This document shows, piece after piece, positions 54,840 to 64,000 of a DNA stretch of 64,000 nt. The DNA comes from Dicyema japonicum (Eukaryota > Animalia > Dicyemida), in the NCBI GenBank assembly GCA_011109175.1, contig RDEW01000002.1:2086997-2150996 (forward strand), written 5' to 3'. The position numbers and the translations under genes were made by a program. Below the pieces are notes generated by a model, which worked only from the letters and a program-made list of their open reading frames with translations, did no database searches and was not told the origin of the DNA. Position 1 is the first letter of the stretch, and each line of letters begins with the position of its first letter.

Positions 54840-55755
54840 ATGATCGTTGATTCACCACCATGTCTGCTTGGTTATGATTCACTAAACCCGCATTGTCTAT
54901 CAGTTTCTGTATATTTGCCTGTTAACAATAGATTTTCATTAAATACTACAAAATTGATGTCAATACTGATCAACTGAATGGTCTGACGGATAATGATATT
55001 TTTTGTGATAATTATGATAAAATATTTGATTTATTAAACAGCAAAGTATATTTTATTAAATATAAAGGTTGTACACCAAAAAGTTGAGAATAATGAAGAC
55101 CACGTGGATAAATTATTATTTAGAACATTTGAACGTACAATAGTCCCCGTCATCGTATGACCTAATATTTAATGATAGAATTACCTGTATTGGTGTGATG
55201 ATTGTGTATTCTCTACGATAACATCACAACTCACCAAGACCACATATCCCATTAATGTCATAAGGAATTATTTCTCACGTAGAAAGCACGTGCCCTGTAT
55301 TTTAAACTCCCTAAACTCATCAAATGTTAAAGTATTAGTGATTACTGTTTGAGATATTTGAGGAGGCCAATGCATTTATTCTTATATTGGAGAGACGTTT
55401 AGAGTTTATGTTCTCACACAATCTTCCATTCTTTGGCGGGGATGTGTTGGTTTATTGTTTATGTTGTAGTTTTTCTAAACTGGACGCTACTGTGTTTGGT
55501 TTTCTGTCCCCCCTCATTCATCCTAAATTTCCACCTAATTTGATTACGTCTTCAATATTGCAGTCACCGAGGTTAAATGGGTATTTGAGAAGACTTACCC
55601 ATGATTATTATCCGAATGTTGATTTGGTTACTAAACCAGAGAAGATTAGTGATAAACCTACCCCCTTCTTTGCTGCCACTGCTCTTATTCTTGCTGTTCT
55701 GGTTGTTAATGTATTAATTAATGCTTCATTGTCTCGTAATACTTTTTTTATTTAA
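54840..55755 (+). CDS. MTX1: Metaxin-1-like mitochondrial outer membrane protein, ~266 aa, 6 exons (introns 54909-54931, 55046-55067, 55155-55178, 55332-55353, 55446-55469)
   Basis: Removing five 22-24 nt GT-AG introns gives one ORF: MIVDSPPCLLGYDSLNPHCLSVSIFIKYY...FERTIVPVINYLYWCDD...FFGGDVFSKLDATVFGFL...YLRRLTHDYYP plus a C-terminal hydrophobic anchor. This matches metaxin-1 motifs (GLPSVDLDSLAV, EKLLPVLVHTFWID, FFFGDAPASLDAFVFSYL). Intron 5 is frame-preserving and less certain. Confidence 0.88.
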
Positions 55756-56094
55756 AAACAGAATTATTAAGATAACACATGTCCATTAGGTGATTTCGGA
55801 CACAACACATCACCCTCACTCGGTGTTCCTCTGGAATTCCACGGGCGACAGAAGTTTATGCGAAAAAAGTCATATAGGAGGGTCAATTTGTATCTATACA
55901 ATAGGAAGACAGATTGGGTGATAAAGGCTGCGGCAATATTCGAGTCAATAAGTGGGAGAAAATATATCAAAAAGTTATAGAGGTTTATAGGCAAAAAACC
56001 TAAAAACTTCAACCTTTTTTCTTATAATTTAAAGGAAAAAATAAAAAAAAGTAAATTTAAATAAAAAAATAATTTTCAATATTTATGCGTAATA

Positions 56095-56422
56095 TTAATT
56101 TTTAACTTTATACTTAGTACTCATTTCCTTTTCTATATTAAAAATTTTATACTATAGCGGCACGCATAAAATTTTTCCATAATACTAAGATTAATTTTAG
56201 TGTCTATAACTTCAGAGATGGTGCAGTTGACCAGTTTAAATCTTGCTGCCTATTCCATTCAAGATTCCACATATCTATGATGCTTCTTGACGGGTGAGAC
56301 TCCATCATCACTGATACCTCACTGTGGAAACGTATTCTACAGGCATGCAACAAAATATGAGTAAGTTTATTACATTCCTAATGAATTATCCCTATCCTAG
56401 GATTAATTACCATAAATGTCAT
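56095..56422 (-). CDS. Putative small unknown protein (~82 aa), 4 exons, introns 33/26/20 nt
   Basis: A 167-nt open exon (ECNKLTHILLHACRIRFHSEVSVMMESHPSRSIIDMWNLEWNRQQDLNW) flanked by short GT-AG segments, between MTX1 and PAXX. No homolog recognised. Confidence 0.3.
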
Positions 56423-56536
56423 TTCCTTACAAATAAAGTGTATGTTCTCCCTAAATGGAAGTTAAATAGTGGAACACTACTAATAAAATTCAGCCAATTC
56501 AATATAACATTATCTAAGAAGCCATATAGTGAAATA

Positions 56537-57078
56537 TTAACTAGGGGAGTCAACTCCAAAAGTAATCTTCCTAACTCCAAACCTTCGTTTACTTCCAGGA
56601 TTAAGGACACTCATTCCAGTCTTGAGGGGACTTTCCTTGAATACACGATTTGCTTCATTAGGAGGTAAGTCTCCATTCTTTAGATTACGAATTATTATTT
56701 CTTGACTATCCAATTTGGCAGCCATTTCATAAATAATTACTGATAGAATCTCAGATTTTGAATTACTGTGAACTTGGTGAAGATCAAATTCCTTAGCTAC
56801 CCCTGATATTCTGGCCTTTAATGTATTATTTATTGCATTCTCTATACAAAATGATATTTGTCTATAATTAGTACATTTTCATACTGTTGGGTGTGGCAGA
56901 TGGAGTTATTACACACTTTTATTATTTGAGGGTCAGTTTGATGAGGTTCGGACATCCAAAGGTCCTTTATGTTCGTTACTCCAACTGAAAAGGTTTGATG
57001 GTCAAATCTTATGAAAGAAACGTACTTAAATGATGGAATATGGCCTGAGAATAAAACACAATGTCGCACAATATCCAT
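56537..57078 (-). CDS. PAXX: PAXX-like NHEJ factor (XRCC4/XLF paralog), ~172 aa, 2 exons (intron 56862-56884, 23 nt)
   Basis: Spliced protein has FSVGVTNIKDLWMS (cf. human FNLYVTDAAELWS), KEFDLHQV (cf. AFDLSKV) and C-terminal KTGMSVLNPGSKRR..ITF (cf. the Ku-binding PGESLINPGFKSKK..VDF). The intron GTATGAAAATGTACTAATTATAG joins two open frames. Confidence 0.78.
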
Positions 57079-58785
57079 TTACCTCCAATTTTTATTTAAA
57101 GTTTAATTAATATTAAAAATATAAATATCCTAAATTTAATTAAATAAGTCTATTATTCCTACCTTCTCCTTAACACTCTACTTTCGAAGAAAACTCTTCC
57201 ACCAAAGAATGAAATGACGTCCGCGACGGTAGGACGTGTAATGAAATTGGAAGAGGGCGTGATACTTCTCCACCTCTCTCGGAAATGAAAGTCTGTAATG
57301 GACTATTGGAAGATGGATTTGATCGGTGCAAACAGACGTTGTGCTGGGCTTACCAAAGATTGTAAGCCTGGGTTTAATGGATAAAATGTCTTATTGTTTG
57401 TTGTCCTAACGAAAGAACTTCAAAAGTTGAATGTCCTCAAGGCAATTGTTGAGAAGAGCCCGTTCCCAATAGAAGATTGCATATGCAAATTATACAAACC
57501 ATTGTCCCTTCTATAGAATATGCTTTGTGGATGTATGCACTCTCTCTGTCGACGTTTCACAAAATCAGTTTTTAAATGATAAGACTCCGCCTTTTACATA
57601 GTCGAACAGAATACCCTCGTCATTTTTCTGTCGGAGTCATCAATACGAAGGAATGGTCCCGGATTCCTCCAGTTCCAATAAATCTACTATGTTCATCCTT
57701 ATTACGTTTCGAAAATGTACATCCATCTCCCATCGACTTCTTATGCGGAAACAGACGGTGACACTTCCGAGAGGCGGAGAGGTCTTCGATTTTAGATTTC
57801 TAACCATCATTAAAAAAGTCATTCTCGTACACAGACCTTACTCTAGAGGAGAATATCCTACTAGAAAATGACAGGAGTACTGAATAACAACGTATTACAC
57901 ACATTCATTGGTAATCGATCATCATTAACTATATGATGACTGATTGACTGAATGTTAATCCTCACTACTCTTAGGACTTCGTTCAATTGTCGCGGTACTG
58001 GATCATTTGAATCATTTTCCTTATCTACTGAAAGTCGGTTGTACCTCGAGAACCACTAGTCTCTCAACCCATCGCCTAATAAGGAGAGAAACTCCCAAAG
58101 AGAGACAGATCCTATAATCAAACCTTGATTTACAGTTTCATAAAATTGAAAACGAGTGACATAATATTATTGTCTTTTTGACTAAAGAAACCAACAGTTT
58201 TTTTGTGAGCGTTTCACCACATCAAAACGAACATTAATCGGTTGACTTAAACCTAACCATAAACTTAAAGCAAATCAGCACCCAACAGGCAAGGTTAGTC
58301 ATAAATACTTATCGGGGTCCTTTTCTCCATTATCGCCAGCACAGATCAAAACCCATTCCTTTGTTCGATGTATTCTTTCCGAAGAAGTTTAGAAATGCCA
58401 TTGAGAGAATGAGGAAGTCGTGTGACCCGATAGTGTTTCACCAGATCTCCTTTTCTCCATTATCGCTAGCACAGATCAAAACCCCATTCCTTGGTTCGAT
58501 GTATTCTTTCCGAAGAAGTTTAGAAATGCCATTGAGAGAATGAGGAAGTCGTGTGACCCTGATAGTGTTTCACCAGATCTCTCTAACATATAGACAGTAT
58601 TACTGTTGATATTGGTTACCAATATTGACCTATTAATTACCGCTAGCTGCTACTATTCGACATTTATTCAAGCATACATGAAAACCTTCTTGAATTGCCG
58701 GCTATGCTCTGCATTTAAGGTGAAGGACACATCTCATTGAATATATAATTGAACCGTTTTTTGAGATATAAAAATATCATTAAAT

Positions 58786-59272
58786 TTATTTAGAGAAAAT
58801 AACAATACTAATAATAGAGAGAAGACAGGAAATAGCCAACATTGCAAGTTCTATCCCCACAGTCACCAATTCTATTTTGAGGACATACGTTTGCCATCTA
58901 ATCAGATAAATGAGTCCTCCCGCCGACCCAAACATAATCAGTAATGAAATTCCTGTGCAAACTGTACTCTCCAAAATATTCGCCTTTATTGCTTAACATT
59001 ATTAAAGCCAAACCCCAATAAATCCTCAACACTTCCAATACGAATACTATTAGTAGTATAAATATATCAATAAATAGTGACACGTGGGTGTAATATAACT
59101 CCCATCCTTAAATAATAAATAGTATAACCTTTGTAGACAAAGAGAGACAATTCAATGAGAAAAAACAAAATATTATAGAATTTATTAGCATATAGTAATA
59201 TTTGGTACAATAATAGTGATCTCTACTATTTTATATATTTATTACAATTTGTCTACGACGAGCTTCCTTCAT
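58786..59272 (-). CDS. TMEM216: TMEM216/TMEM80/TMEM17-family ciliary transition-zone membrane protein, ~139 aa, 4 exons (introns 59223-59245, 59107-59128, 58992-59013)
   Basis: Spliced: MKEARRRQIRSLLLYQILLYANKFYNILFFLIELSLFVYKG...DIFILLIVFVLEVLRIYWAIKAN...YLIRWQTYVLKIE. Aligns with human LEILFFLNGWY..LELFIFLYKG, DVVMLLLYLGIEVIRLFFG and YYLLLQTYVLRLE. Introns are 23, 22 and 22 nt GT-AG. Confidence 0.9.
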
Positions 59273-59273
59273 T

Positions 59274-59287
59274 GTTGCTATGGTAAC
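59274..59287. promoter_or_regulatory. RFX X-box (GTTGCTATGGTAAC)
   Basis: Fits the X-box consensus GTHNYY-AT-RRNAAC; separated by 1 nt from the ATG of a ciliary gene. Confidence 0.75.
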
Positions 59288-59958
59288 AATTTATTTATTA
59301 GCAAATATCTAGTAATACCTTTTTTATCACCTTGCTGACGGTGGATAATGAATCGTGGGCTCCTTTTCTTGGTTCTATCACATAACTGGTTTATACACGT
59401 GTTTTCTCTCAACATTAATTTTCAGAAACCTATCTAAGAAGAGTTTAGTTCCCACTTAGATAGTCTAACAGATAAATGTTGAATAATATTAATCTCTGTG
59501 AGAGATCCTTCGAGTCCCCAATTTTGACAAACACTGTTTAGTATAAGCCTGATAAAGACGTGTCTCATCGGATATTGACAATCTTAACAATTTATTTCTA
59601 TTATCGAAACCAGAGAAAGATTTACCCCCATGACGTGGGTAGAAATTTGACCTTCCAGTATGAAATCGACTCTGTTTTGAAGATAAAAACCTTGTCTTTG
59701 ATTTTTTCCGGAAAGGGATAAGGCTTTGTTTAAATATATAAGTCGAAGATTGTTGACACCCCCAGTCCTCTGCATTGGAATTAAAGTTCTTTAGCCAAGA
59801 GGAAATGATTTATCAAGGTGGTTGATTGCCCTGTACATCCTTGGGATTTTCAATTTCTTCCACCAATTTTCGATTCTTTTTGAATTTTTTGATTATTTTT
59901 GCTGAGATTGATCCATCAATGTCAAAAATAAAAATAATCTATTGGTTGGTTCAATATA

Positions 59959-60900
59959 CAGTAAACCCCCATTAATCCGAAAACTTTAAAAAAAACTTCA
60001 ATGAGTCAGCAAAATTTTACTAACTTTCCATGTAAACAGGCTTCAACAAACCGAAACTTTATAATCCGAAAGACATTTATTAAAAATTTTTGATAAATTT
60101 ATTTTTTATTCTACATTTAAATAAATTTACATTTTAAATTTAAATCTTACAGTGTCATATGGTTAGAAAGAGGGTCGAAATTTATATTGCATAGAAAAGA
60201 AAGATTTTTGAAATAAAAATGAACCTTTATTTTGGAATTTCAATACTTTCAGAATTTCTTAAATATCGTGAAAAACTGTGATACTATGCCGGGTGGCATA
60301 GTGGTTAGGTGTCGGGCTTAGGTGGCTTAGGCTACGGGTTCGAATCTCGCTGCTGTTCACCTGGTGGAATGTTCCACGCATCTACGATGCAGAAAGGGTT
60401 TGACGAGTGACGCCGTCATCAGTGAATACTCACTGCGGAACTGGATTGTCTAGAAAGGACACTCACACAAGAAAAAGAAAAAAAGAAGTGAAGATCATTC
60501 CTTGGTTCTACGATTAGTTAAAATTAACTGTTCTTTACTTAAATAAAGTGTGTGTCCTGCCTATGGCTCTCGTGAAAAGGCTTTAAAAAAACTGTGAAAC
60601 TATGATAAACAAGCAAGACAATTGTAAACATCAACACTTGATAATTCACTTGTTGAATGGAAGTCATCTTAGTGATGAATTAAGATGATTATGAAAAAGT
60701 TCTTTTTCTGGTTGATCTCCAAGCCATGTTTTAACGAATTTTTTTGAAAATTGAAATTTTAATCCTTCAAAAAAAATCAAAACTGTTCATCTTCAACCGC
60801 TGAACGCAGGCATAATTAAGAATTTTAAGCATTATCATGGAAAAGGGTATTTTGGATAAAATGTAAGCCCTTGATTTGGAAAAATAATTTTTTGGAATTT
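59959..60900 (+). mobile_element. Second pogo/Tigger 5' end, interrupted by a SINE
   Basis: TA+CAGTAAACCCCCATTAATCCGAA; collinear with the reverse complement of 22650-23059. Confidence 0.8.
60289..60586 (+). mobile_element. tRNA-derived SINE, full-length, 18-bp TSD
   Basis: A box TGGCATAGTGG, B box GGTTCGAATC; TSD AAAAACTGTGAWACTATG at 60271-60288 and 60587-60604; the uninterrupted site is present in the other Tigger copy. Confidence 0.85.
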
Positions 60901-60939
60901 AAGGAAGGTGCCCATAATTATGGTGCAGAGACAGTCAAA

Positions 60940-61560
60940 CCTGGAAGCAAGATGGAGGCTGTTTGTAAATATACAACATCTGGTCCTGAGGACCAGCGTG
61001 AACGTGGCCATGGAGGTTTGCTTTGTTTCGAAAGTAATTAATTTATTCCCGGAAGATCAGGGACTTGATGCTTATTACTCCAGTTTTCTCGACACCAATC
61101 GTGCGGAAAGTTGCTGTCGATGAGTTCTTTTTACTGTTTTTCTTTAGCTATGCTTTCACTGAGCGGAAAGTGTCTTTTATCGCGCTCTCAATGATGTCGG
61201 TGGAGGAGAGAGAGTCGACACATATTGCATCCCGAACTAACGGCTTTCCCTTGAACAGTAAGATTGTCGGTTGTTCTATGGAGGAGTAGTCACCAGACTC
61301 CCGGGCTCGCTCAACAATTCCGGCCTTATGTTTGTGACTGGTTTGCGCTCTTTCGGCAAGAAAGCATGATGTCCATAACAGTCGACGGTAGCATCGCACC
61401 TTCACTTTTGAGTGTGCAAATCTTCAGTCCAAGCCTTATGGAGATATCGATGTGGGTAGTATCTTCGTCAAGGTGGGTCCCGACTGGAGGGCATTGATCC
61501 AAGTGTCACTCTATTGGCATCTTCCAGTCACTAGACAGACTCGTCGGTGTTGGTGATTCA
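60940..61560 (-). mobile_element. CRE-like RLE fragment
   Basis: GKPLVRDAICVDSLSST..ESAI. Confidence 0.65.
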
Positions 61561-61899
61561 GAACCAACATATTTCAAAAAATATGGGCAAAATTGATATT
61601 TTACAATATAAATGCATATCCATGCAAATCACTAGTCTGAGCTTTTCAAATTTGTCGTCTTTGAGGAATAATCAATCACAATAAATTTCTCGGATTTTTT
61701 CATTAATTTTTATTTCGCCTGTGAGCGATAGCTATTATGGCTCTTTGTAAAGTGAGTATTATTATATGAAACAAATGCCCCGTTGTAAATAATAATGAAG
61801 ATTAAGGACTTTTGTCTAGACGGAGCCCATTCCCTGTACCTCGTGAAGTCCTTCAACGTCAACGATCTTCCCACATCGCATCGTGGCTCATGCAAAGGG

Positions 61900-64000
61900 A
61901 AAGGATAAACACTACCAAGAGAAATAACACAACAATTTTTTATTAAAGACCAAGACAGCGATAGTTATGGGGGATTACGTAATTAAAAATCCTGCCATGA
62001 GGACTGGATTCTTTCGCAGTTTTACCCCATTTAGCTTCAAAGTATCTTCTGAATGAACGTGTCATCCACTTTGGTCCTCAGGAGAAAACCCTCAATCCGT
62101 TCCACTACCACGCTCCTCACTGAATTGATCAGGGTTTCCTCCTCCTCATCTAGAGGTTCCTCACCCCTTTTATGAAGGGCCAGCTTGATTGCCATCCTCC
62201 TCGTCTTGTCCAAAAGATTGATTATTCTTTCACTTTTGGGCGAAAAATGCCATCCTTCACATCCGTAGACGAGAGAGGGCATATTAATTCTTTCAAAAAT
62301 AAAGATAAACTTCTTCAATTTGAGTTTTCGTAGACACAGAAGTGCTTGGTAAGCCTTTTTTCATTTTGACACCAACATAATCTCCTCTACATCCAAAGCA
62401 GACACCAAAATAACGCAAATGATCAACATTGCTGATACCACTTAATGTGTACTCCTGTTGAAAAAATTTTCTATAATATGAAATTCTCATGGCTTTTGAC
62501 TTTTCCATTGAGAGACTTAAGCCACGGGATTTATACCACCAGAGAATTTCCTCCGAAAATCCACGTAATCTTTCCTTCGACACTATCGGACTTTTCGAAA
62601 TGTTTGATATCAGTACGTCGTCCGCGTAAATAATCACATTAGTACTAGGATTTCTGGGGGATTCCAACTGCGACTAGATGATAAGACAGTGCGTCATGCC
62701 AGACACTATCGAAGGCCTTCGATATATCCAGACGACACTCAGCTGATATTTAAAATTCCTGGCCTGTTCAATCTCAGAGTTCAAGATGAAAAAACAATCT
62801 CCACATGATCTCCTTTTTTTACTAAAAAAATTCATCAAGAACATGAAATTATTTGTCTGTTCTCTGGGAGCTTCAGATTCCTTTGATAAAGGAACAAATT
62901 CAAAATAAATCAATACAAAAATAATTATTGAAAACTATTCAAAAAAGTAACAAATTTATTAATTTTTCTTCTTTTCCCGAAATTTCTATGAGATGTGCCC
63001 TCCACGATCTCAGTGTTCTTCTGAAGTTGATCACTCATAAATTTAATCCCAGCATTCACAAATCCAAAAACATCCCACAATCACAAATAAGCCAACCTGT
63101 CTCTCATTCAAGGCAGAGGAGACACTCTTCCCAATCCTATGAAGCAAATCCTGCACAGAAGGGTCCACAGTCATTCTCAAATGGTGGATTCTACAATCCC
63201 TCCTGACATACAACCTCAACAGGAAGAACAAACAACGGCAGACAAACTCAACTCGAAGACAAGTCGCCTGAATACTCCCTATAAGCACAGAGATCACATC
63301 AAGGGCGTAGGAATAAGGCAAAAGCAATAAACAACGGTCCAACTCACTGCAGGTTATGCAAACAGGTACCCCGGTCTTATTGCAGCCAGAGTCTCAATCA
63401 AATAGTCCTCAGGAGAATCCACACCATATACAGCCATCCAGTCACACAACTCGTAGTCACCGCATTCATTCCTCCGTTCGACCTCCGCTCTGAACCTCTC
63501 CACGGCATCATTCAGAGTCTCTGCCTAAAAATCTCCCAGACAAGACTACATCATTCAGAGTGTCACACGTGATCTTTCCAGCCATCTCTACCTCACCTGG
63601 GATATCTCCGGGGACCTAGTATATATCCCATCCTAAGTCATACCACTCTATCGTCATCCTCATAATCCACGTGCAACTTTTCTAAATCCTCTTGTTGATC
63701 TTCTACGGGCACGTGAATCTCCTCAGTCCTTGACCAAAGCCGAATGGAGTTGTCCGAAGAAGCCGTGACCACGTACCCCCCGCACGTGCTTAGAGCCATT
63801 GCCCAAATGGGTCCAAAGTGTCTCTAAACAATTAAATCCGATGAATACGTCCAGAGACATATCCTCTCGTAGTTATCGGCATTCCACTGCCTCAGTTTGT
63901 TGTCCTTAGAAACTGAAAAGAAGTAGTGAGTACGGGGGACGAACCTGAGACAGGTAATACTAGGAATAAACCCAATCCTTGCCTGTCAGAGTGGGCAAGG
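61900..64000 (-). mobile_element. Degenerate LINE (APE plus RT)
   Basis: CLGDF (APE); NVIIYADDVLIS; LRYFGV; PSLVYGCEGW. Confidence 0.75.

Noticed and set aside
55850-55980. Faint RPL11-like resemblance of a plus-strand frame (MRKKSY...KAAAIFESISG)
   Set aside because: About 9/34 identities, far too divergent for a ribosomal protein, and it ends in a stop.
60400-60425. CTGATGA in the antisense of the SINE core as a hammerhead
   Set aside because: No GAAA after the putative stem II in any copy and no stem I pairing.
1-64000. Prokaryotic systems (CRISPR, operons) or microsporidian origin
   Set aside because: No repeat-spacer arrays; spliceosomal introns and ciliary genes are present, and microsporidia lack cilia.

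Overview
AT-rich eukaryotic (animal) scaffold window with 3 N positions (5901, 7330, 28848). Most of it is a graveyard of nested, degenerate transposable elements: CRE-like and R4-like RLE non-LTR elements, RTE-like, Jockey/I-like and CR1/L2-like LINEs, Gypsy, Penelope, pogo/Tigger, hAT/Buster and a tRNA-derived SINE. The real host genes sit in a compact island at ~50.5-59.3 kb and are fragmented in the ORF track because they carry tiny GT-AG introns. I spliced them by hand: metaxin-1 (5 introns), PAXX-like (1 intron) and TMEM216-like (3 introns, with an RFX X-box next to the start codon). All nine of these introns are 22-24 nt. There is also an EGR-type C2H2 gene with only two fingers. Standard code, cilia genes, an animal EGR and 22-24 nt introns suggest a dicyemid-like reduced metazoan (inference). 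A ~3.8 kb block (1-3840) is duplicated at 38492-43640; the second copy carries a CRE-like insertion with a PHD finger and no RT core. No rRNA, intact tRNA or CRISPR found. All protein family assignments are by eye from remembered motifs; no database search was run.
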